Positions 1-9,118 of a stretch of DNA of 48,076 nucleotides are shown piece after piece. The stretch's first letter is position 1, and every line of letters starts with the position of its first letter. Source of the DNA: a virus (taxonomy: Duplodnaviria; Caudoviricetes); the IMG/VR virus record IMGVR_UViG_3300026138_000005, positions 1 through 48,076 of that record. One strand, 5' to 3'. Position numbers and translations under genes: made by a program. Below the pieces are notes generated by a model, which had not been told where the DNA came from, ran no database searches, and saw only the letters and a list, made by a program, of their open reading frames with translations.

Positions 1-1
1 T

Positions 2-1354
2 AATTACGAGCCTAATGCAATAAATGACAAGGTCGTTTTTTATGAAACATTAATTACTAACCTTTTAATTCATGGCAATGGCTTTGCAATTATTGAAAGG
101 GATAGAAATACTTATAATGTTGATTCCTTAAGGTTGCTGCATCCTGATATCGTTACGGTTAAGGTTTTAAAAAATGGCAACATCCGTTATGAAATAAATC
201 AGCTTGGAGGTACAAAGAAATTTTATAGACCTGATGAAATAATCCATTTACAAGGTTCGACTACTAATGGGTTTTTAGGCTTTAGTACTATTGATTTAAA
301 TAGGTCTATTTTTGAATTGGCTTTGCATACCATTAATTTTGGAAAGGCGTATTATCAAAATGGTGGTTTTTTAAGTGGTGTAATTATGCACCCATCTAGC
401 TTGTCTGATTCAGCACATAAAAGGTTAAAAAATAGCCTTAGTCGTTATTCGGGTAGTGGCAAAGCTGGTAAGCAGTTAATCTTGGATGAAGGTATGAGTT
501 ATGAAACTTTGACCATTAGTCCAGCACAGGCGGGATTTGTTGAAGTTAATAATTATTTGATCGGTGAATTTAGCCGTATTTTTGGAGTTCCTCCATTCCT
601 ATTGCAAGACTTATCAAAGTCCACGATGCAAAATGTTGAGAGTTTAAACCTTGCATTCGTTAAGCATACTGTCATAGAACATTTAAACAAGCTAGAAAGT
701 GAGTTTAGTAGGAAGCTGCTAACTGAAGCCGACAAAATGGCTGGTTATTGTATTAAGCTAAATTTAGACGATTTATTAAAAGCTGATAGCAAAACAAGAG
801 GCGAATATTTAAGAAACTTATTTAATATTGGAGCGGTAAATATTGATGAAATCAGAATGATGGAAGGGCTTGTTCCACTTAATACAGATGGAAGTAAAAA
901 GCACTTCGTTCAAGTCAATATGGGTAATATTGAGGATGATTATTTAGGGCAGAAAAACTCTAATGAAGAAAGAAATTTACAATCAAAAAAGGGATGCGAT
1001 TGTTTGGGTTATGTTGATGACTCTGATTATTATGATGTACCACAAGAACGAAATGCTAAAACTTACAATGATTACCCTGAGTCAGTTGTTAATAATGCTA
1101 AAAGAGGTATAAAATTAAATGAGGAGGTTAACAACAAATGTGCTACTCAAGTAGGAAAAATAAGGGCTAGGCAATTAGCAAACAAAGAGCCTTTGAGTAT
1201 GGATACAATAAAAAGAATGTATTCTTATTTAAGTAGGGCTGAAGAATATTATAACCCAAGCGATACGAAAGCTTGTGGAACGATCTCGTATTTACTATGG
1301 GGCGGTAAATCTGCAAAAACTTGGGCAGCATCAAAAATAAAAGATAATGAATAA
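2..1354 (+). CDS. HK97-family phage portal protein (5'-truncated) with extra C-terminal domain
   Basis: Frame of ORF 134..1354 is open back to base 2 (NYEPNAINDKVVFYETLITNLLIHGNGFAIIERD). HK97 portal motifs: EIIHL, NGFLGFS, YYQNGGFLSGVI, GKQLILDEGMSY, SRIFGVPPFLL, NIDEIRMMEGL. Confidence 0.95.
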   Translation, partial: NYEPNAINDKVVFYETLITNLLIHGNGFAIIERDRNTYNVDSLRLLHPDIVTVKVLKNGNIRYEINQLGGTKKFYRPDEIIHLQGSTTNGFLGFSTIDLNRSIFELALHTINFGKAYYQNGGFLSGVIMHPSSLSDSAHKRLKNSLSRYSGSGKAGKQLILDEGMSYETLTISPAQAGFVEVNNYLIGEFSRIFGVPPFLLQDLSKSTMQNVESLNLAFVKHTVIEHLNKLESEFSRKLLTEADKMAGYCIKLNLDDLLKADSKTRGEYLRNLFNIGAVNIDEIRMMEGLVPLNTDGSKKHFVQVNMGNIEDDYLGQKNSNEERNLQSKKGCDCLGYVDDSDYYDVPQERNAKTYNDYPESVVNNAKRGIKLNEEVNNKCATQVGKIRARQLANKEPLSMDTIKRMYSYLSRAEEYYNPSDTKACGTISYLLWGGKSAKTWAASKIKDNE

Positions 1355-1931
1355 TAAACAATTTTTTCCAAGCGTAGAACTTAGAGCATATATGTCTGAA
1401 GATGAAGACAAAATGCTTTTAGAAGGATATGCAATAGTTTTCAATAGTGAATCAAGGGATTTAGGCGGTTTTACTGAAGTAGTTAAAGAAAACGCTTTAG
1501 ACAACGCATTAAATAGAAATAGTGATGTATTGGCTTTGTATGGTCATGACTATGCTAATGTATTAGGCAGACAATCGGCTGGTACTTTAAAACTTGACAA
1601 AGACGAAAAAGGTATTAAGTTTATGCTTGATTTACCTAATACGCAACTAGGTCGAGATGTTTATACACTTGTTGAACGGGGCGATCTTAGGGGCAATTCT
1701 TTTGGTTTTACTGTCGAAAAGGATTCCTGGGATAAAGTAGGTGACAAGGTAATACGGACTATTGAGCAAGTTAAGGACTTGTTTGAGATTAGTATTGTAA
1801 GCCTACCCGCTTATGAAGCTACGGAATTAGTTAAAAGAAGTTATGAGGATTTTACTACTGAGCCAGAGGTTGAAGAACCTTGTGAAAAAGAGGCTTTAGT
1901 ATATCCTCAATCTATTTTGAAACATCTTTAA
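1347..1931 (+). CDS. HK97-family prohead maturation protease
   Basis: LEGYAIVFNSESRDLGGFTE, ALYGHD..VLGR, GNSFGF, LFEISIVSLPAYEAT; lies between portal and capsid. Confidence 0.95.
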   Translation: MNNKQFFPSVELRAYMSEDEDKMLLEGYAIVFNSESRDLGGFTEVVKENALDNALNRNSDVLALYGHDYANVLGRQSAGTLKLDKDEKGIKFMLDLPNTQLGRDVYTLVERGDLRGNSFGFTVEKDSWDKVGDKVIRTIEQVKDLFEISIVSLPAYEATELVKRSYEDFTTEPEVEEPCEKEALVYPQSILKHL

Positions 1932-1954
1932 TATTAAAGTAAATATTTTTTTTT

Positions 1955-3115
1955 ATGAAACTTAAAAACTTGAAAGAGCAAGAAGCAGCAATCAAAGCTG
2001 AACTTACTGCTTTGTCTAACATTGAGGATCGTGCTTTGAATGCTGAGGAAGCTGCAAAGTCACAGGAATTAATCGCAGAGTTGAACAATGTAGCACAGTC
2101 TATTGAAGTTCAAGAAAGAATTGCAAACTTCACTGAGGAAGTTGCAGATGTTGAAATTACTCCAGCTATTGAGGTAAACCAAATGGAAGCATTTGAAGCA
2201 TACCTTAGAAATGGTAATAAAGGACTAAACGCTGAAACTCGTGCAAACCTTGTATCTGCTTCAGATGCTAATGGTGGCTACATTGTTCCAGATGAATTCC
2301 GTCAAGAACTATATGAAGCATTAAAGTACTACTCAAATGTAATTGATGTAGCTACTTTGGTTTCTACTTCTCATGGTAGAAATATTGATATGCCAACAGT
2401 TGACGAAACTGCGGTTCTTGCTGGTTGGGGTACTGAATCAGCTTTGGTTTCTGCTACTGACATGACATTTGGTTCTGTACAAGTAGGGGCTAATATGCTT
2501 AGAACTATGGTTCTACTATCTATTGAGTTAATCCAAGATAATGATGTGAACTTGACTGGGCAGATTGCTCGTTTGTTTGCTGATCGTTTTGGTCGTGCTT
2601 TAGAAGAAGCATTCACAAATGGTAACGGAACATCACCTAACCCAACAGGATTCATGAACGGAATCACTACGGGTGTTACTGCGGCTTCTGCTACTGCTTT
2701 CACTCGTGAAGAACTAGTAGGGCTTATCCACTCAGTAGATAAAGCATACAGAGCTAATCCATCTTTCCGTATTGTTATGAATGATGCTACATTGGCAGAA
2801 GTTCGTAAACTTGCATTTGGAACTGGCGATGATCGTCCACTATATCAAGAGGGTAATGCAACAACTGGAGAACCTACAAGAATTGAAGGTGTGCCAGTAA
2901 TGATCAACAACGCTATGCCTGATATTGCAACAGGTACTAAGCCGATTGCGGTTGCTGATTTCTCTAAGTTTATCATCCGTCAGGCTGGTTCTTACAACTT
3001 CCGTAGATTAGATGAGCGTTATGCTGATAATTTACAAGTTGCTTTCTTAGGATATGCAAGATTTGATTCTAAAGTTATTGATGCGGCTGCTTTCCGTTGT
3101 TTAACGATGGCTTAA
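1955..3115 (+). CDS. HK97-fold major capsid protein with N-terminal coiled-coil delta domain
   Basis: Coiled-coil N-terminus, AFEAYLR, GGYIVP, SIELIQD, FTNGNGT..PTG, IEGVPV, ADFSKFII, FLGYARFD. Confidence 0.96.
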   Translation: MKLKNLKEQEAAIKAELTALSNIEDRALNAEEAAKSQELIAELNNVAQSIEVQERIANFTEEVADVEITPAIEVNQMEAFEAYLRNGNKGLNAETRANLVSASDANGGYIVPDEFRQELYEALKYYSNVIDVATLVSTSHGRNIDMPTVDETAVLAGWGTESALVSATDMTFGSVQVGANMLRTMVLLSIELIQDNDVNLTGQIARLFADRFGRALEEAFTNGNGTSPNPTGFMNGITTGVTAASATAFTREELVGLIHSVDKAYRANPSFRIVMNDATLAEVRKLAFGTGDDRPLYQEGNATTGEPTRIEGVPVMINNAMPDIATGTKPIAVADFSKFIIRQAGSYNFRRLDERYADNLQVAFLGYARFDSKVIDAAAFRCLTMA

Positions 3116-3150
3116 TTAATAGCATAGTTTTTAATATAAATTAGAGGGGG

Positions 3151-3183
3151 GGGTTGCTGCTGCGATAGTGGCAGCCCTTTTTT
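3151..3183 (+). terminator. Rho-independent terminator after major capsid gene
   Basis: GGGTTGCTGCT-gcgat-AGTGGCAGCCC 11-bp stem (with G-U pairs) followed by TTTTTT. Confidence 0.8.
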
Positions 3184-3198
3184 AAAACCATTATAAAG

Positions 3199-3456
3199 AT
3201 GCAAATTAAACTTTTAAAAACTTTGATTGGTCAATTTGGCGGTAATATTGGCGATGTTATTGATGTGCCTATATATGTAGCAAACAGATATGTAGAAGTT
3301 GGCTATGCCGAAAGATATAAGCCTTGTAATTGTGACGATTGCAAAGATGGTGAAGATTGCCCAGAAGAACAAAAAATTGAGGTTGCAACAGTTGAACCAA
3401 TTATTGAAACTGCTGAAGTTAAACCAAAGCGTAGAAAAAGAACTACAAAAAAATAA
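3199..3456 (+). CDS. small hypothetical protein downstream of capsid
   Basis: 85-aa ORF with GDVIDV...A.RYVEVGYAE motif typical of this gene position, CNCDDC..C cluster and basic tail. Confidence 0.7.
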   Translation: MQIKLLKTLIGQFGGNIGDVIDVPIYVANRYVEVGYAERYKPCNCDDCKDGEDCPEEQKIEVATVEPIIETAEVKPKRRKRTTKK

Positions 3457-3459
3457 GAT

Positions 3460-3978
3460 ATGTTACGCAAATTAAGTTCTAAAGATTTAACCAGTTTGGA
3501 TGTCGTTAAGGATCACCTAAAGGTAGATTATACTGAGGAGGATTCTTTGATAAATGGCTACATTGAAACTGCCCATAATTTTGTTGAGGATTACACCAAT
3601 ATAGCTATTGGAGTTCAAAACTTTGAGGAGCATTTAACTGCTGATATTACTGAGGAATATGTGTTTTTAAGTATGAACCCATTGGTAAGTATTACTAGCG
3701 TTGTTGCTATTGATGAAGTTGACGGAACTGAAGAAGATGTAACTGCGGATATTATAAATATTACCAATGCATTAGGTACAAGGTTAAAAACCGATAAAAA
3801 GAAGTCTTACAAGGTTACTTATAGTGCTGGGGTTGCATTGGCGGACATACCTAAACAGATGCATCAAGCTATTCTTTTAAGTGTGAGTGATATGTTTGAA
3901 AATAGGGTGGAAAAGGTTAAACAAAAAAGAACAAGCGTAGAATATTTATTAAACCAAGTAAGCATTAAAAGAATATGA
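3460..3978 (+). CDS. head-tail connector (HK97 gp6 / SPP1 gp15-like)
   Basis: SLDVVKDHLKVDYTEEDSLINGYIETA..FVEDYT, VTYSAG, IPKQMHQAILLSVSDMFENR. Confidence 0.9.
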   Translation: MLRKLSSKDLTSLDVVKDHLKVDYTEEDSLINGYIETAHNFVEDYTNIAIGVQNFEEHLTADITEEYVFLSMNPLVSITSVVAIDEVDGTEEDVTADIINITNALGTRLKTDKKKSYKVTYSAGVALADIPKQMHQAILLSVSDMFENRVEKVKQKRTSVEYLLNQVSIKRI

Positions 3979-4322
3979 TTGGCAAGTTAGATAGTCGTAT
4001 TGAATTTTTGCAAAAAAGCATAGTGAGAGATGCTATTGGGGGGGAAACTGTAACTTATGTTACTTTAAAATCTACTTGGGCGTATGTTATTAAACCAACA
4101 GGCGAAGATAAAAATAAGGAGTTGAGCGGGAGGCAAGTCCCTGTAAATGAATTAGATTTTGTTATTAGGTATTTTATTGGTTTGACTGAAGATATGATCA
4201 TAAAGTATAATGGGGTTTTAGGTGAGAGGTTTTACAAGATAGTAAGCATAAATGAGGAGTTTGAAGAAAGAAGAAATGGGTATATAAGGATAACTGGACA
4301 AAAATTTGACTTAGAGAAATAA
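3975..4322 (+). CDS. head closure / head-tail adaptor (SPP1 gp16 / HK97 gp7-like)
   Basis: IGKLDSRIEF...RDAIGGE...WAYV...FVIRY...DMII.Y...YKIVSI; follows the gp6-like gene with ATGA overlap. Confidence 0.88.
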   Translation: MIGKLDSRIEFLQKSIVRDAIGGETVTYVTLKSTWAYVIKPTGEDKNKELSGRQVPVNELDFVIRYFIGLTEDMIIKYNGVLGERFYKIVSINEEFEERRNGYIRITGQKFDLEK

Positions 4323-4332
4323 AAAATAGAAT

Positions 4333-7300
4333 ATGGGTATATTTAGCGGTGGTTCTTTTCCTACATCTGGGGGAACTGTTATAATAACACAAGATGGATA
4401 TCAAACGCTTAATTTAACTGGAAATATTCTCACCATAAGTGGAAGCAATAGTTCCGTTGACCTTAGTAGTTATTTAGATGATACAAATACCACTAACACA
4501 TCTTTGACATTAAATGCTTCTAATGTATTAACCTTGACGGATTCAGACAGTGGGACTGTCACTGTTGATTTAACATCATTGGTGACTGCTGCTGGTGGTA
4601 CAGCAGAATCAACACATATACCAGTTAAAAATACATCAGGTGCTACAATAACAAAAGGAACTCCTGTTTATATTACTGGCAATGTTGGTTCAAGTAATAG
4701 GCTACAGATTGCCCCTGCTGATGCTTCTGATCCTGCAAAAATGCCTGCTATTGGATTGCTAGAAACAGACTTGATAAACAATGCTGAAGGCTATGTGGTT
4801 CAAGGTGGGTATCTTACAAATATCACAACCGATATAATAGATGGCACATCAACATCATCTAATGATACAGTTTATGTAAAAGTTGGTGGAGGTATTACAA
4901 TGACCAAACCAACAGGATCAACAAATTATATTCAGAATATAGCAAAGGTTGCAAGGGTAGGTTCGGGCAGTAGTGGTTCATTGATTGTTTCATCAATATT
5001 AAGGACAAATGATATACCTAACTTAGCTGATGGTCAAGTATGGGTGGGATCAACAACATACCCAGTAAGCACAGATTTTAATTTGCAAGAGGTTACTGAT
5101 GGGGGGAATACGACTACTAATGATATAACAATTGGTGGAGGTGGTACAACTGCAACAGATGCAGTATTAATATTAGATGGTGGAAATGCTAGTGGAGGAG
5201 AAGCTTATATATCATTACAAAGAAATAGCGTAGGAGGTTTTCTATTAAACCATAGTGATAGTAGCATACAAGTAAGAGGAACTACCGACTTGCCGATGTA
5301 TTTTTACACTAATAATTCAATAAAACAAACTATTTTATCCAATGGCAATATTGGCATCGGGACTACGAGTCCGAGTGAGAAACTTGAAGTTGCTGGAAAT
5401 ATTCTTCTTACTACTAACACAGGTGCATCAAGAACGCTATATACAGGTGGGGATACAAATTTACATATACAAACAAACACAGGGGATGTAAAGATTTTAT
5501 CTTCAAATGGTGGTAATAATCTTATGACTTTGTTAAATGGTGGCAACATAGGCATAAACGAATCTTCTCCCGATGCGAAACTTCACATAGTTGGTTCAGG
5601 TAATACTTCGGGAACTACTGCTTTGTTGGTTGAGAATAGTCTAAGCTCAGACTTGGTTAAGGTTTTGGATAACGGCAATGTTTCAATAGGTGGACAAACT
5701 GCAACTCAAAAACTAAACTTATCAGGAAATTTTTTAATAGGTAATAATAACGAAATAAGATGGAAGGATAGTGGAGGCACTGAAAGAACTGCAATAGAGT
5801 TAGATAGTTCTAATGATTTCAATTTAGGTACTTCGGCAAGTGGTGCATTGAGGTTTATAGGTGGTGGAAGTTATACAGAAAGGATGCGAGTACACACCAA
5901 TGGCAACATAGGCATAGGCACTACGAGTCCGAGTAGGTTACTTGATGTAAATGGAATACAGGGTTGGTCATTAAGTGACAATGAAGTAGCTTATTTAAAT
6001 CCTACCGCAACTGGAACAGATTTTGCACTTAAAAATGCAGCTGGAACTAATGTAATAAGATTTGATGGCAGACCTAATAACAATTCTTGGATTAATAACG
6101 GAGGTTCATTTGGTATTGGAACTTCGAGTCCGAGTGCGTTTTTAGAAATAGCTAACCCAACTTATTCAAATGCAACAGTATTGTTAGGTAGGCAATCAGG
6201 TTATCCAACAATTCAAGGTAATGGAACATCAGGTGGTCAATGGTTAATGTTAGATAGTAACGGAGGATATTTAGCATTGAATAACCACGTAACGGATAAT
6301 GTTATACTTGCTTGGGGAGGAGGAGATGTAGCAGTAGGTACTGGTAGTCCTCTTGCTAGATTTCACGTTAAAGGTTCAGGCAATACATCGGCTACTACTG
6401 CATTATTAGTAGAAAATAGCAGTGGAACGGATACTTTTAAAGTATTAAATGATGGTCAAGCACAATTAGGTAGCTATGGTAGTGGTACATTTACAGGTAC
6501 AGTTTCTAAAATATTAGCAGTAGAAAGTGGTGGTAATATCATAGAAACTACTTTAAGTGATTTGAGTGGTGTAGACGGATCAGGTACTGCCAACTATTTG
6601 CCTAAATGGTCTGACTCAGACACACTAACAGATAGTTTAGCTTATGATGATGGAGGTGGTCAGTTTGTATTTGAAGGAAGCTTTTTTACTGGTCAAAGTG
6701 TAGCAACAGATTCCACAAATAAATCTATAAGGCTTGCCACTAAGCACTATACAAATGCTGAAGAACCTTTTGTAGGTTTATTGGCTACAAGTACAAGTAC
6801 TGCAAATATAGTTGAAATTGGTGGTGGTACTACATTGGGCAATGCTGCGACCACAGTTTCTTTTAGAACAGCATCAAACAATACAACTGTCACTGGTACA
6901 GAGAGAATGCGTATCACTTCCACAGGAGCGGTTGGCATTGGGACTTCGAGTCCAAGTTATAAGTTTACTGCTTATGGTAGTTCTTCTAATAGCGAAATAG
7001 TTGCTTCTTTTGGTAGTGCAAATAATCAAAATGATTATACCGCTATTGGTTTAAGTGGGTTTATTGCAAGTAATGGAGCAACAAAAGCAGGTTTAGCTTT
7101 AGAAAGAACAGCTACTTATGGAACTGGAAAACTCCACTTCTTAAATAATAGTACTTTAGATAACTCAGATATGACTTTGAGTGATTCTAAAATGGTTATC
7201 TTAGGTGGTGGCAACGTAGGAATTGGAACTTCGAGTCCGAGTGCTAAGCTTCACATCCAAAACGCAGCAGCATCTAATTATGCACTAAGATTTAATTATG

Positions 7301-8232
7301 CTGACACTACTGATGGTGGCGGTTTTTATGAGTCTACTTCAAGTGGATTAAGTTTATTTTTAAAAGATGACACAGGCACAACTAAAACAGTAATTGCTCC
7401 CGATGGAGATTCTTATTTTAATGGAGGTAATGTGGGCATTGGGACGTCGAGTCCAGCTGAGAAGCTTGATGTAAATGGTAATATTAAATTAGGGGCACAA
7501 ATTAACGCCAGTGTTGATGCTGCTTATTTAATTGGCAAATCACATACTGCAACAGGATATAATGACCCATTAATAGCGTTAATGTCCTCAACTGCGGCTG
7601 CAAATTCTTTAACAATAGGAGGCGGTTCTTCAGTTTACAATACTGCAACAAGTATAAGTTTTAATACTTCTGCTAATACTAATACACCTACGGGAACAGC
7701 AGCTATGTTTATTAATAGTAGTCAAAACGTGGGAATAGGGACTACGACTCCGAGTGCTAAGACTCACATAGTTGGAGCCGGTAACACTACATCTACTACG
7801 GCTTTACTAGTAGAAAGTAATAATGGAACAGACAGGTTAAGGGTTACCGATGGATCTGAGGTTTTTGTGAACGCTTCTACTTTGCATTATGGAGCGGACG
7901 TGGCATCCACTACGCTAGGGTACAAAGAGTTTCTTACTGATGTTGATTATGGCACTCTAAACACAGGAGCTATTTCTGTTTACACAAGTGAATCTACTAG
8001 AGACACAATAATGTGTGATTATAAAATATATGATGGTACTAATATTCGAGTAGGTACTGTTACCGCTACAACCGATGGAACTAGTGTAGACTATACAGAC
8101 ATAAGGAAAGCGGAAGTTGGAGATACTTCTGATATGTATTTTTACGCTCAGTTGTCTGGAAGTAATTTGCAGTTAATATTCTATAGAGGATCAGCAGGTT
8201 ATGATGCTAAATATATAATTAAAAACTTTTAA
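4333..8232 (+). CDS. long modular fibre/spike protein 1
   Basis: 1299 aa, G/S/T/N-rich, about 9 GN[IV]GIGT[TS]SP repeats; N-terminal VKNTSGATITKGTPVYI...MPAIGL block. Confidence 0.85.
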   Translation: MGIFSGGSFPTSGGTVIITQDGYQTLNLTGNILTISGSNSSVDLSSYLDDTNTTNTSLTLNASNVLTLTDSDSGTVTVDLTSLVTAAGGTAESTHIPVKNTSGATITKGTPVYITGNVGSSNRLQIAPADASDPAKMPAIGLLETDLINNAEGYVVQGGYLTNITTDIIDGTSTSSNDTVYVKVGGGITMTKPTGSTNYIQNIAKVARVGSGSSGSLIVSSILRTNDIPNLADGQVWVGSTTYPVSTDFNLQEVTDGGNTTTNDITIGGGGTTATDAVLILDGGNASGGEAYISLQRNSVGGFLLNHSDSSIQVRGTTDLPMYFYTNNSIKQTILSNGNIGIGTTSPSEKLEVAGNILLTTNTGASRTLYTGGDTNLHIQTNTGDVKILSSNGGNNLMTLLNGGNIGINESSPDAKLHIVGSGNTSGTTALLVENSLSSDLVKVLDNGNVSIGGQTATQKLNLSGNFLIGNNNEIRWKDSGGTERTAIELDSSNDFNLGTSASGALRFIGGGSYTERMRVHTNGNIGIGTTSPSRLLDVNGIQGWSLSDNEVAYLNPTATGTDFALKNAAGTNVIRFDGRPNNNSWINNGGSFGIGTSSPSAFLEIANPTYSNATVLLGRQSGYPTIQGNGTSGGQWLMLDSNGGYLALNNHVTDNVILAWGGGDVAVGTGSPLARFHVKGSGNTSATTALLVENSSGTDTFKVLNDGQAQLGSYGSGTFTGTVSKILAVESGGNIIETTLSDLSGVDGSGTANYLPKWSDSDTLTDSLAYDDGGGQFVFEGSFFTGQSVATDSTNKSIRLATKHYTNAEEPFVGLLATSTSTANIVEIGGGTTLGNAATTVSFRTASNNTTVTGTERMRITSTGAVGIGTSSPSYKFTAYGSSSNSEIVASFGSANNQNDYTAIGLSGFIASNGATKAGLALERTATYGTGKLHFLNNSTLDNSDMTLSDSKMVILGGGNVGIGTSSPSAKLHIQNAAASNYALRFNYADTTDGGGFYESTSSGLSLFLKDDTGTTKTVIAPDGDSYFNGGNVGIGTSSPAEKLDVNGNIKLGAQINASVDAAYLIGKSHTATGYNDPLIALMSSTAAANSLTIGGGSSVYNTATSISFNTSANTNTPTGTAAMFINSSQNVGIGTTTPSAKTHIVGAGNTTSTTALLVESNNGTDRLRVTDGSEVFVNASTLHYGADVASTTLGYKEFLTDVDYGTLNTGAISVYTSESTRDTIMCDYKIYDGTNIRVGTVTATTDGTSVDYTDIRKAEVGDTSDMYFYAQLSGSNLQLIFYRGSAGYDAKYIIKNF

Positions 8233-9118
8233 TAAATGGCAAATAAGGCATTAAACATAAAGGATAGGTTAGCGGTTAGAGGTGCTATTGTTGAACCAAG
8301 CTCAATGATAGGAGGTAATTATTTATTCTCCTTGCAGCCACATATTGAAGGAGGTGATTTAGACGGTGCTTTAAATTTAACATCTGGAGCTAGGGGTAGC
8401 TACACTATTGAAACAATAGATGATCCAGATGCTCCTTATGGTAAAGTTGTTAAATTCCCTACAGGTCAACAAAGTTTTGTTGCAGCTTACGATATTGATA
8501 TTCCAGTAGACGCTGGAGATAGAGTTTATATAGAAGCTACTTATATGATCCCTGCAACAGACACAGGGACACAAAGTAATTTTTATTTAGGTGTTAACGG
8601 ATTGGACAAAGATAAGAAACTGATAAATTCTAACTTTGGTCTAATAACATATCCTGTTAGTAACATAACATTAACAGCAGATGGTAATTGGTATACTGTA
8701 GGTGGTTACGCTACAATTCCTTCTTCTCACACTCCTTATAATGGCTCTGATGGTGGAGCTGTTAGGTATATTAAAAATTATGTTCTTGTAAATTATGGAG
8801 CAGGAGATAGAGAAGTTTACCTTTCTAATGTTGTAGTCCGTAAAGTAGAGGCTTTTAAGGATAATGCAGATATTTATTTTAGAGGAAACGTGGGCATTAG
8901 CACTTCGAGTCCTGCTTCTAAATTAGATATTAACATAGCACTTGCATCAAGTGATGGTATTACTATTGATACTAATGATGAAGTTTACAGTATTTGGTCA
9001 AATTCTAATTTAGGGGGGTTAGCTATTAATGCTAATACTGTGGGAAATGCCACAAGATACGATTTATTTATAAAACACTCTAATGGCAATATAGGTATAG
9101 GCACGTCGAGTCCGAGTG
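5362..9118 (+). repeat. dispersed in-frame direct repeat, core CGAGTCCGAGTG (9 copies)
   Basis: Cores start at 5366, 5924, 6125, 6947, 7232, 7448, 7745, 8906, 9107. The copies at 5366, 6125, 7232 and 9107 are exact 12/12; the others have 1-4 mismatches. Confidence 0.9.

Noticed and set aside
2-4322. Head module as a stand-alone capsid-forming satellite (cf-PICI-like)
   Set aside because: It runs directly (10-nt gap) into fibre genes with no att site or boundary, and no satellite integrase or primase is adjacent in the window. It cannot be fully excluded without upstream sequence.
5362-9118. Fibre repeats as a CRISPR array, DGR or invertible shufflon
   Set aside because: Spacing is irregular and long and the repeats are in-frame coding. 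No cas or reverse transcriptase gene, no TR/VR pair and no inverted copies or silent antisense cassettes were seen.
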